From Pseudovirgaria hyperparasitica (lineage: Eukaryota): DNA of 64,000 bases. Shown one piece after another: positions 25,101-38,153 of this stretch (within the stretch, counting starts at the first letter, position 1; the number at the start of each line of letters is the position of its first letter). The position numbers and the translations under genes are program-made. The notes beneath the pieces are model-generated. The model had not been told where the DNA came from, did not search any database, and saw only the letters and a list, made by a program, of their open reading frames with translations. The stretch lies in NCBI GenBank assembly GCA_010093815.1, contig ML996573.1; one strand, given 5' to 3'.

Positions 25101-26405
25101 GGTTCGTTAGTTTTACCTAGAGAGCCGCGTTCCTTAAGGATATAGTAGTATTTATTAGCTTTCTCCTCTAATTTATATAGATAGTTAAAACTTAATAATA
25201 TTATTCCTAGTCTTTCGCGGATTAACGGAAGTAGTACTTCGTAAAACTAGAATATACGAATATTTTTCTATAGCGTAGGGATATTATTCTATAGGTTTTA
25301 GAGGTATTATAGTAGTTAAGTAGATATCTAGTTCGGTCGTTATGCCACGCTTCTTAACATAGATAGTACCTTTCTTTCACGTTCTCTATCCGTTCCGAGG
25401 GTGTTTAGTATAAATATAGCTAAATATTTCTAGGTTATCGTAGATAGTAGCTATACTTCCTTCTATCTATCCTATTAATCGCGGGATTATAAGTCTAGGT
25501 ATCGTTCTCCGAACGAAATACGTTATACTTTAGTAGAAAAGAGTAGAGGGTTATCAAGGAAGTACTTTTCGTAGTCTCTCTTCTAGTCTTTCTACTCCTT
25601 TTAGTTCTTCCCTATAAATATAGTTAGGTCTTTAGGTTTTAGTATACCTAGGGAAGGAGTAGGGTAAATCGGTAACGAAGCGGCCGGGTATACGGTAGAT
25701 TATCGTAACTCTAATAGTAGGTAAACTAATTCCGCCTGAATTAGTATAGGAAGTCGTCCATCTACTATCGTTCGGCGTAGTTCTTTAAGAGACTTCTTAA
25801 GTTCTCATCTCTTTATAAGGAGTTTCGCGCGTTCTATCTATTCTTTAAGGGTTTAAATCTCTTAAGTCTAATTCGCGACGTATTCGTAAAGTTCGGCGAT
25901 GGTTTATTATAATACCTCGCGTGGCTCCGCCACGACTCATCATCCGGCTTTATATTATTAGAAGTTACTCGGCGTCTCTACCATTTCTTCGTCTAAAAGC
26001 TCTGTGATTTAGTCTAACATTTCTACTTCTCGGTTAGAAATGGCCGGGATTAATACTAATTATAGAGGATCCCTATTATTTAATATAGTATTACTTATCC
26101 CTATAGTGGATCATATCGACCTTCTCGGTTCTAGTTAGACTATCTTAACTATAGTACTATATAGGGAGTAATTCGAATGTAAGAATAGGGTTATTAGATA
26201 GTAGTGTAGTTAGATAGAATAATAGGGTGTATTCTATTATAGAATAAATTACTACTTAACCCTTTTAGTAGGAATCTAAGAGTATATATATAAAGGGACG
26301 CCGATCTATCTAGCACGTGACTATTTACCGCCCTTCACGTCACCTTCTAACCCTGTTAGCTAAGGTACGTGCAGGTCGGGTCCTACCTAAGGCTAAGTCC
26401 TAACA
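19153..26405 (-). mobile_element. Gypsy-1 chromovirus copy B, full length; LTRs 19153-19380 and 26178-26405; TSD ATTAC
   Basis: 228-bp LTR pair; ATTAC at 19148-19152 and 26406-26410. Gag CCHC knuckle ~24850-24895, protease ALVDTG ~24670-24695, RT YLDD ~23660-23675, integrase, chromodomain ~21360-21490. N-gap at 22815-22824. Confidence 0.95.
19952..20846 (+). pseudogene. Antisense 4-exon accessory gene of Gypsy-1 (~241 aa; Cys-rich N-terminus, coiled-coil C-terminus); exons 19952-20107, 20160-20344, 20407-20566, 20622-20846
   Basis: ATG at 19952. Three 52-62 nt GT-AG introns, two with clear CTRAY branch sites (TACTAAT, GCTGAT). Splice phases 0/2/0 join to 726 nt. Internal stops are only TAA/TAG, compatible with RIP. 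Confidence 0.65.
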
Positions 26406-29400
26406 ATTACTATATACCGTTACCTAGTATTTAATAATTAGTTTATAATTACGCCTAATTTAAATATAGCGCTAATTATAGATAGCTATTACCATCTACT
26501 TATTTATAATAGTAAGTAGGTATATATCTTTTCTACGGTTGAAGCGGTTAAGTTCCTTTAGAAATAGTTCTAACTATTTAATAGATATTACTAGGTATAT
26601 TTTCTATATCTCTAGTAGCTCTAGTTTATACACCTAATAATCTACTATACGTTTAATTAGTACTAGTCCGACTTACTATTAGCTAAGCTTATAATAAGTA
26701 CCTAGAATCTTATACCCTTTATATAGTTAAATATAGATCTAGTTACCGGAAGCGAGGTCTAGTAGAGATATATAGCGCCTATTAAAACGCTTCTTTATAC
26801 GCGTCTAGGTAAATACTAGCGCGTCTAACGTCTCTTTCTAGTTTATATTACGCTTTTAGGCATAATTATTTACTTCTATTAAACTAGTCTTCTTAAATAG
26901 GGTGCCTTTAGATAGTTAGAAGCTATATACTATCTTATTTAGAGATTTTTATATCGAGGCGTTTATTAAATTATTTATAAGCCGCTAGACTAATAGAATA
27001 TAGGTTATCTAATCTATAGCCGGCGATATTAAAATAAGAAAACATAGAGTAATCTCTACCGTTTAGTTTATACGTTTACTTTAACTATTACTCTATTTAT
27101 AATAAGTAGTTAATACTAGGATTTTAGTACTAATACCCTTAAAAATTCCTTTCTAAAATAACGATAGGAATTTTCGGTCCCTATTATGAATAATTATAAC
27201 TAGAACTCTCTATTCTAGTAGTATACTCCTTCTAAACGTAGTTACCTATTACGTGGCGGTCTAGTTATTCCGGCCTAGAACGAGGTAGATTCGCTTAGTA
27301 AACTTATCTATTATAGTAAGTAGCGCGTTAAGCCTATTCTATATTAGTAGTCCGATAATAAAGTCTATTATAACTATATAAAATAGTATTAGTGGTAACT
27401 AGACTAGCTTTAATTTACTATACGGTGTATATCTTTATATTTAGTAAATTTTATAGATAGAATAGTACTAAATATAGTACTTTAGACGCTTTATAAGCTA
27501 ATAAATAAAGTAGCCTATATGAATTTAATTGTATACTTGGAAAAAACCTATATAAGTACTTTTATTATGGAATTAAGTAAAAATATCTCTATTAAGTGAT
27601 TTTAGTATATAGATCTAATATTGTCTATCGAGTTAATCGATATAATAAATTATACTATTAGTAAATTAAAAAGGAATTAGTTGGGTAACATTATTATTCT
27701 AGTCTAGTACTATAGCTTTTATACTTATCTAGTGCTTATTATTATTATATACGTTAGCTAGTTACCTTGTAAATTTTAGATTAATTTTAACTATTATAAT
27801 ATTAAATATTAAGAGCTCCTTAAGGACGTCTAAGTCTCTTAGCTAGGCTCTATTATAGATCTAATAGAGCCGAGAAAGAGCGTTAGGTACTACGTACTCT
27901 TTACCTAGTCTATATTTAAGTTCTAGGTTAAACTATAATAGATACTATAAGGCCCGTACTAGTTAGAGATTTAGCTTATTAACTAATAAGCTTATAAGTA
28001 CTATCTACTAAATAATACTCGGAGTAGCTACGTAGTTAGTAATAATAATTATTAGTTAGTCTAAACCGTTAACTATATAGCGTATTTAGTATATAGTCTA
28101 TATAACTACTACTACTTTAAGCTCTATTAGCTAGTACTACGACTTAGCTATAGAGAGTTCTTTACTAAGGTATAGAATAGACTTAATATCTAATTATCTA
28201 ATCTTTATAATATTATCTACTTCTCCTTTAATATAGTAAGCGAAGACTCTAAAGCTATACTTTAATACGTTAATGTCTACGTAGAGCCGTCGTTTTAGAT
28301 TATAGTAGATAAGCTTAGTCTTATCTATAAAGGCGGCCTAAATACCCTCCTAGAACGCTAGTAGCTAGTCTATCCGAGTAATCTTTATTTATTTATAGTA
28401 TACTATATATATATATCCCGCTAAAGGTACTTCTTTAAGAAGGCGCGTTTTCTCTATCTATAGATTCTAGGTAAGTTAAGCGTAATATAGTATATATTAC
28501 TATAACTAACCGGTTAGTCTAAGGTAGTATTCGAGCTTATCGAGCGTATTAGAATACTAAAGATTATATATAGCTACTAATTTCTCGGCTATAGTAGAGA
28601 GTCTATAAGCGTCGACCTTCTAACTAAGTAGGGTAATAGATAGATATCCTAAGTAATACTTTTTACCTTTAAGTATTAAGTTTCTTACTTATAGTATAGT
28701 AAATATCTACTAAAGGTAGTTAAGATACTTATTAAGTTCCTTACTAAAAATAGAAATATTATTAATATATACTATAGTAAACGCCTTGTATCTAGCTTTG
28801 CGTAAGATCTTATTAATCTACCTCTATATATATAGTAGAGAGTTATAGAAACCTATTAGAATAATATTTAACTACTTCTAGCCTTAGTATAATATAAACG
28901 TTAGTTTATAATAGTCTTTCTTAGTAACCAGCTACTAGTAGAAGAAGCTAGCTATATTAATGATAGATATAAACTTCTTTCTAGCCGTACGTTAGATAAT
29001 ATCGCCCTAGAGTAGTAACGGGTAGAAGTTCTTAATACTAATTTTATTTAGACCTCTTATATCTCTAACTACCTAACTAGCGTCTTTATATAATATCTAG
29101 ATAAGTAATTTTACTATAGAGTATATAATAAATATTAGAAAACTAAATAGTATTAACTATATTAGATATTCTATACGACCTTATATATAAAGCTTATTAT
29201 ATATCTTATTAATAATAGCCTTACCGCTCGCCCCTAACGGGTAGATATAGTAGCTTAGCTTTATACCGGCCGTTTTCTAGTTACTTACTAGGGGAATATA
29301 TATCTAATTCTTCTCTAGGATATTTACGAGTCTAGTATTATAAAATAAGCTAGCGTGACTTTAGATAATATTATTAAACTTCTAGATAGTTACTTTATCT

Positions 29401-32400
29401 TTAGCGTAAATTTTTACCCTAAACGCGCCTATCTATTTAACTTTATTAAGCTAAGTAAGCTTTATAGATAATCTCTCTATACTATCTAAAGGGACTACTT
29501 TAGCCTAAAATATATAGAGGGTATCTATTTCGTCTATTAATATACTAAGTCTTATATTTTTATTTATATATACCAATCTAAATCTATAGTTTATAATAAA
29601 TATATACGCTATATTTTAGTTGGTAAGATATATATAGACGCCTCCGCCTTAACTAAGCCTTATACTTATATATATTAGGGTAAATATATAATCTTCTATA
29701 GCTAACTCGTACTAGTAATAGATTATAATTAGAACTAGTATAAGTATTTATAGCTAGAGAATAGTATACTATAAAATAGTTACTCCCCGGCGCACTACTA
29801 GTTAAATAGTAGTAGTAAAGGTTAGTATAGTAACCCTACTATATATACTAATAGTTATTATATACGTACTTATATAGATATCTATCTTTTAAGATACTAT
29901 AACGTCCGTTCTAAGAAGGAGACCTATCTATAGATAGTTAAGAATATATATCTTATATATTACTTTTATAGTTATAGTAGTTAAACTATTAGACGTTTAG
30001 CCTAGAAGGAATAGTATAATAACTATAAATTTACTTAACTTTATAGACTTAACTCCCTCTACTCCCTAAATAGAAATAGCTAGTTAGATAAGTATTTAGG
30101 TATTAGGGTTCTACTATTTAAGAAAAGCTTAGTCGATTAGTATTACTACGCTTTCTATATCTAGGTAGATACGTTCGATAGAGCCGTTAAGACTAAGTAA
30201 GGCCTTAACTTAGATATAGTGTAGAAGGCCGCTCCTGTAGCCCTATATGTATGTGTCCCTAGCTCGATTACATGGCTTCATTGTATATTTAAGGAGGGCG
30301 TTTTCCTTGGTCATTCTGCTCGGCGCTCCCCCCATCACTAATATTCGACTATTCGATCTTTCCTTACGTTTATGGGCCTCTATAGGTATTGATTATTAGG
30401 CTTAGCTATTGAAGAATTAATTAAGAGTATTATATAGACCCGTCCTATCGTAAAAGAGAACTAATAAGAAGTCGTGCGTTTAAAGAGAACTCATAATACC
30501 TAGGAGAGATACTTGTAAGTTCGTCGCGACTACTATACTAGGAATATAGCCATTTATAAAAGGGATACACGTGGCGATAGCTTACTATAATTTTAGAGGT
30601 CGTACCTAGACTACGAACTTATAGGGGGAGATTAGAACTCCGAAACTAGCTTAGGGGAAGTATATGGCGTGCCTAATAAGGTAGTCTAGACTTACTAGAT
30701 CGAAGCCACGAGTCCGGAAAACAGGGAGTCCGGAGTCGCTAGGGGCTAGCCTCTTAAAAGTAGCCGTAAAAAGCATGCGCATGCTAATACGGGTGATAGC
30801 GCGACTCGAAAATGTCTTAGGGGAATAGGATATAAAACAGGGCTAGATGAAGTAGTAAAGAAGAGTTTAAAAACGATAAATATAACCTGTTTAGTACTAC
30901 TATAGCTATTATTTATAAACACGGCCACACGAGTATACTACTTTAGGAACGCCTTACACGAAGATAATAATATAAGTAGAATACCGTGAACCTTATATCA
31001 ATAAAGACGATAGTAATAGTTTACCTTATAAAGGGATTAGTTAATATAGAGAAGGGATGATAGGTGTTATAGGTAGACGCATTAGGCCAACCTTTAGTTA
31101 AGGTAATCCCTTAACTAATAACCTTACCCCTAGCGTCTCTACTAGTATACTTACTACTAGTAATAGTATAATAGGAGCTTAAAATAACGACCTAGTAACT
31201 CGTAGAGAGATACTTAACTTCTTCGTAGTATTTGCGCGATAAGGAAGGATAGTATCTCTACCTACCCTAGCCCCCGAGCGCTTTAAAGGAATAAACATTA
31301 CGGCCTTCCTTCGGAAGTATAAGGATATATATATAAACTACGAAGTTCCGCCTAATAAGAAGATAACCTCTCTACCGTTATACTACGAGGACCATCTCCG
31401 TCCTACTATTAAAGGAATAAGTAGGTTTTAGAAATAGTAGTAGGCTATACTATATAAAGAATTATTAAAGGAATTCTCTCTATTTAACTCTACCCTTAAG
31501 GAAGGCACCATCCACTTTATCCGAAAATACGTGGAAATGGTTAAAGTAGACCTATCCTACTCTCTCTCTATATACTACTCCCGGTATCGTGTTATCACGG
31601 AGAAACTTACGGCTAAAGGAAGCCTAAGCTTATATTCGCGAATAGAGCTCTTCCTAGAAGGGCTGCCTAATAGTCTTAAGGCTCGGGCTATAGAGAAATG
31701 TTAACTCACGATGGAAGTACATAGTTATAACTAGGTAATTATCTATGGCTTCGTATTATAAAAGGCTAGAGCACTTAAGGAACTAGCTCGTATTAATAAG
31801 TACTTAGCCGCATAAGAGCTAGCTATAGCCATATACTATAAATTAAAGATAGAGAGTAAGAAGACCGGCTTAGAAGAGTAGTTACATGAAGAAAGAAGAA
31901 CTAATAAATTTAACTACCCCTCTCTAGTCGTAGTACACGTTACGCTAGAATCGGATAAGTTTAACGAGATAGTAGAGAGATTTAGTAAACTAGACCTTAC
32001 GTTAATTAAGATGAAGTCCTACTTTATCTCTAATCCCTTATTTCTATCCCTTAAGAAGTACGAACCTAAGCTACTTTCGGCTATTATTAACTAGTAGACG
32101 CGAAGGCTAAATCTTTTAGTATATCCCTAAGTACGAGGCATGCCTATAGAACTAACGTAAGTTTATCCATAGAATTATATATAGAATAGAGAATACGTCT
32201 CTACCCGAGACTCCTAAGGGGGCGTTATAGCCTAGGATAGGCCTCAAAGACCGATTATATATATTACATGCGGAGAAGATTACCTAATATATAGATATCC
32301 GGAGATAGTAGAATATATTAGAGACGGATTACTAAATATTAACGGGGTGCGAGTGTTCTAAGGGCGTTTCGGGGCGAACGGAGAAGAAATCCTATTACTA

Positions 32401-33801
32401 CCCTCCTCGGCAGGGCTATAAGCTACTCTATAAGCTATCCGGAACTATATAGTAACGGTTTAAAACGGTCTAAGCTAGTACGGAGGAGGAGTAAAGGTTT
32501 CTATATCTATAGTAAATATTAACGCTTTATAGGGAGTGCCGGTATATAGTATTAGTATAAAACCTATAAAGGGTCTCTACTAGGCCTCGGCGGATAGCGA
32601 TTCGGAAGAAGAAGTTACGTCGCCCGAGAGTAAGAAAGATAGATATATAGAATTCCACGAACGCTTTAACGTGGCTAGTAATAGATATATCCGTAAGGAG
32701 ATGGCCCTAGAAGAGCCCGCTATACTTATAATATCTAGAAGGGGGATTACGAAGAGTATATCTAATCGTACTAAGAAAAGAAAGATCGCCTATCTCTGCG
32801 GAATGCGTGAAGGGTAATATATAAGGATTATTAAGGAATAGAAGGACGGTAAGAAGAGTAGCGACTAGAGAACGTCTAAATAAGAGCTAACGGCGCTAGA
32901 GGATAAGATAGATAAAGGGGATAGCCTAAATCCTAGTTAAAAGGCACGTATCTAAGGCGTTAAGCTTAATAACTATCTACGCGAAGGATAGCGGCTAAGT
33001 ATAGAAGCTAGTAAAGCATGGCTGGTGCGCGTTCTAGAGATAACTATAAACATTACTATTAGCGAACTATTAAGCCTTAATAGCGACTTACGTCGTGCGG
33101 TATTTAAGAAGGGCGCCCCCGACTTTATAGCTAGAGAGGTCTACGAGGCTTAAGAAGAGAGAGCCGAGAAGAAAGGAAGAAACGACTATACTATAGCTTC
33201 TAAGATAAATAAACTTAACGTATTAGTACCTCTCTATGCTATAGGGACGGCCATTATATAATAAGATATTAATTAGCTTAAGGAAGGGATAGTAAGGCTA
33301 GTGGCCGAGTGTCTAAGGTACTCCGTGGAAGTTAGTTCTAAAAGGGCGACTAGTATAGCACTATTCGATAGTAGCGTATAGATAAATAGTATTCGACTAG
33401 ATGCTACGAGGCGTCTCGGGCTAGCGATATCTTTACTTCTACTATATATAAAGAACTTAAGTTTAGTTAGCGCTACTTAGTATAGTACTCTATTCGTGGG
33501 AATAGTATAGTAATACCCTATCCGTATAGGTTAGATCGTTACGGCTACTTCGATATTCGTATATAGCGAACTTAATTATAACCTTATCCTAGGGGAGCTA
33601 TATACTAGATAGGCCTTACTTACGGTATAGAGGTTAGCCTCTAGGTAAGTACTCTTAATAGTCTACTCCGTATATAGATAAGAACGTATAACCTTTAAAA
33701 CTAGTCCGGATAAGTATATTCTAGTCTTAGAGAAGGAGGGTAACTCCGTGGCTAGAGACTAACTATATAGCGGAGTATGTCGCCGGAAGCCGGAGTTAAG
33801 C

Positions 33802-33840
33802 CGGATTATTAGTTAATGGCTACCCTTAACTAATAATCCG
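33802..33840. repeat. Shared palindrome copy (Gypsy-3 gag-pol junction)
   Basis: CGGATTATTAGTTAA-tggctaccc-TTAACTAATAATCCG. Confidence 0.9.
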
Positions 33841-36800
33841 CACTAAATAGGGTCTAGTAAACCTACTAATAAAGGGGATAGGCTATATTTTTATATAGAT
33901 ATAGAAATAAGTTATATAGAGTTACTTTCTAAGAAAATCCGGCCTAAAAATGTTACTCGGTTATCGAGAAAAGATAACTTAGCCGCCCTAGTTACGGCGG
34001 TAAGGTACGCTACCTTCATATATAAATAAGGCACGATAATAGAATAGCTTATAGTAGACTCCACCGGCCTCTAAAGACGGTATTTATCCGGGGTATTAAA
34101 GGGATTTAGTATAGCTACTATATATAAAAGAAAGGGAGTTAAAGTATACCCTATGGATGACTCCGAAGCCCACCGAAAGGTTCCTAGGAATCTATTAGGG
34201 TATCTAGACTAGCGTGAACGAGTAATCGCATAGTAGGTACTTCTTCTAGCCGTTCATCTAGGCCTTAACGCGTTTAATAGGCTAATAGAGCCTCGAAGGG
34301 TAACTATCCCGCTAGGAACACGTCTAATGCCTCTATATATAAGTTAGCTAAAGATTAGAATGGAGCTACGTCCCGCGGAACTTAAGTTACTATATATAAT
34401 CTTATTATATCGCGAGGAAGCACTAGTATAGGAATTCTTATACCTTAGTAAATTTAATGAAGAGGTAGCACCTCCGTAGGAGATCCGAATGGTAGAATAT
34501 AAGGTATAGTAGGCTAAGAACTTTAATATTTCTAGAGCCCTTTATAGGAAGGTACTTACAATCCTAAAAGAGCGTCTTAATAGCGGAAGGCTCGAGCCCT
34601 ATAGTAGTCCTTATCGAAACGCCTATTTTCTCGTAGAAAAGAAGAAGGAAGCTAATAAGGAACGAGATTATAGGTTAATTAATTCGGCGATAGAAATTAA
34701 CCGAGTCACTATTCGTGATGCGGCCACGCCGCCCTTATATAAAGAGTTCTCGGAGCACTTCACGGGGATAGCCGTCTTAACGTTTACCGACTTCTTCTTA
34801 GGATACGATTAGATTCTATTAGTAGAGTATTACTAAGACTTAACGGGGTTTATGACGCCCCTAGAATTACTATATAGAATAATATTACCTTAAGGGGCTA
34901 CTAATTTAGTAGCTTAGTTCGTTAGAATTATATTAACTATTATATAAGAACATATCCCGGAGAGGGCTCTACTATTCCTAGATAACTTAGATATTAAAGG
35001 ATCTACGATAAAATATAACTCTAAGGAGGCCCTGCCTAGAATTCGTAGGTATATCCTAGAACATTTAATTAACGTAGATAAGGTTCTCGCGGATATAGAG
35101 CGCGCCGGATACGCCCTAAGTAGTAAGAAGACTTAGTAGTATATTAAAGCCGCTAACGTTATAGGATACGTCTACGATATTAAAGGGAGGCGACCAAGTA
35201 ATAAAAAGGTTACTACTATTAGGGACTAGAAACCCTATAAAAACACGACGAATGTGCGAGCCTTCCTTAGCGTTTATATATATTTCTAGATATGGATCCC
35301 TAGGTACGCTATTATCGCATCGCCGCTATTTATACTATTAAAGAATAAATCGGTCTAGTAGTAGATAGCTAAGGAGTAGACCTCGATAGACGCGCTAAAG
35401 ATAGCTCTAACTACTACTCCCGTACTAATAACGTTACGGTACGGGATAGGTACGGAAGATATAATTCTAGTAGTAGACTCTAGTAACGTTAGGTAGGGAG
35501 CTACGTTAATATAGGAGAACGAGAATTATAAACGTTAGCTATCGCGGTATAATAGAGGAATATAGTTAAAAGCTAAGAGAAACTACGATACCGTGAAGCT
35601 AGAGTACTAAGCCCTCCTCCACGCGTTATAGAAGTTCCGGTAATACCTCTATAGTACGTACTTTATTATAGAAATAGACGCGAATACTCTAGTCGCTTAA
35701 ATTAACCGTACTATAACTAACTTACTAGGGGCGCTCGTTACTAGATGGCTCGCGTAGATTTAGCTATAGAACTTTATAGTTAGGCACGTACCTAGGAAGC
35801 GTAACGTAGTTACCGACGGTATCTTACGGATATACGAAGGAGAAGAACTACTAGACATCTCTACCTTTAATCTAGACGAGTTCGTGGACATGGCTCTATA
35901 TATAGACGTACTAGAGATGTCGTTAATTAAGCCCGTTAGCGGGAGGGATTATATAATAGAGATACTCGACTATACCGCTATTAAGTCTCCCTTAATAGAT
36001 GAATATAGCGATAAATAGTAGAGGATTACGAAGTACCTTACTATACTTAAGAGGCTAACCGACCTAACCGACCGAGCGTATAAGGCCTTTATAACTAACT
36101 ACCTAAAGTTCCTTATATATAACTAAATACTCTAGCGGAGAGGAGATGGGCATCGCTAACATACACGAGTAATTAAGGATCCGAATACTAGGGCGCGTAT
36201 AATTACCGCTACTTATAATAAGATAGATCATAGAGGTAGCGAAGGGACCCTTAGAAGGATTAAGGATAAGTATTAGTAGGTAGGTATACGTAGAGACGTA
36301 CGATAGTACGTGAAAACCTATAATAAATATTAACGATAAAGTAAACTCCTCGGAGGTCTTAATAAAGGGCTCTACCACGTTATAACGCCTATTCTTTAGT
36401 AAAGAATATACTTGGACGTAATGACGCTACCACCTTCCATAGGGTATAGTAAAGTAGTATCTATACGAGAATAGCTAAGCGGATAGACTAAGGCGGAGGC
36501 ATGTACGGCGGCCACGTCTATAGTCGTTATAAAGTTCCTCTTTAAGAACGTAATCTATAGATACGGAATCATTTCTAAAATCATCTATAACGGTAGTAGA
36601 GAAAATATAGGTGCTATAGAGGAGCTCCTCTAACTCTATGGAATTTATTAGAAGGTTACGTCTACGTATAATCCCCGAGTAAATGGGATTATCGAGAGAA
36701 GTTTTATACTACTTACTAATACTCTTACGAAGATAACTAATAGCGGATTTAAGAACTAGCCCGGCCACCTCTATACGGTTGTCTAGGTAGATAGAATAAC

Positions 36801-37524
36801 GATACGTACTAGTATAGGGTATAGTACTATATACCTCATACTCGGCTATAAACTAATTATACCTATCGAAGTCGAATTCGAGTCGCTCCGAATACTCCCT
36901 TAGGACGAGGTGTAATTAACGTCCGACTTACTCGCTCTTCGAGCTAGATAACTTAAGAGAAGATCTAAGGATCTTAAGGAGGCCTATGCCCACACGACAC
37001 GAACGCGTAAGAAATTAAGAGAGGCATGGAATAACGACCATTACCTTCGTTAAGAGTCGTTACTAGTTAATACGATTATCCTCCTATACGACTCGTAGTA
37101 ATAGAAGGATATAGGGCGGAAGCTAAGGTAGTATTAGAGGGGGCTATATAGAATCTAGTCCGTGTTTAATTATACTTATAAGCTCGCGGAGCTTGATGGA
37201 GCCATGCTTAGAGGGACGTTTCCTAGCTATAGGTTAAAGAAATATTTTATAAGAAATATAAGTAATAAGAGTTATAACAAGCCCTCGCGACCACTAATCG
37301 GAAGAATTACTAAGGAAAATAAGAAGAGTAGTAATAAGGAAAACTATTATAAATAACTTATGGAACACCTCGACGACGCCATACGAACCTAGGTGGAAGT
37401 AGTAATTCCTACTCCGTAAGACTTTAATAGAGAAGAATATTTATGTTTCCCTAGAATCGACATCTCCTTCTAGGGAATAGAAGTTTTTTTTAAGGAGGGA
37501 AGGGATGCTTATAAAAGTAGTCTT

Positions 37525-37625
37525 ATGATAATAAACTCCATTATTAAAAAAGGACGATAAACTCCATCATCGAAAGAGGATGATAAACCCTATTATTACT
37601 ATAAAATGATAAAACTTATTATTAA
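37525..37625. repeat. Degenerate ~29-bp tandem repeat downstream of Gypsy-3 pol
   Basis: GATAAAC(T/C)CCATCATCGAAA-like unit repeated about 4 times. Confidence 0.7.
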
Positions 37626-37829
37626 AGCAAGCAATGCTCGAAAGAAGACATAATGGCGTTTACGCGAATTCCACCTACCATATATTAAAGCCGGTCGTGT
37701 AATCGAAGCCTACCTATCGAAGGCCCATTTCGTTACTATAGAACGGGCCCCGTTAGAAACTAATAAGGAAGAAAAGAAGGAGGAGGTATAGGAGAAAAAG
37801 ATACTTATAGGAAGTCTTATAAGGATAAG

Positions 37830-37935
37830 AATATACCTAGTATCTATTTATTTATAGATTCCGCCATATACCCGGTAGATATATTTATTCATAGATTTCC
37901 TATATACCTAGTATATATTTATTTATAGATTCGAC
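37830..37935. repeat. ~36-bp tandem repeat x3 upstream of the Gypsy-3 accessory ORF
   Basis: ATATACCYRGTA-ATATTTATTYATAGATT unit three times. Confidence 0.8.
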
Positions 37936-38153
37936 ACGTATACGGGCCTACGGCCGTTAGTAAGGATCATTTATAAAAATTACTATATACCTAGTATTTA
38001 AGGAGGCATAAAAAGAGAACTTAAGATAGTATATAACTCTTCCCTCTTACACCTCTCTATACCTCCTTAATTAATAAAACCTTCTTCTATACTTCCGCCT
38101 CACTTAACTATCTCTCCTTAGAATATAACTCGCTAATAGAACTAATAATAATA

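Noticed and set aside
37525..37935. CRISPR-like repeat array
   Set aside because: Head-to-tail tandem repeats without unique spacers, in a eukaryotic TE.
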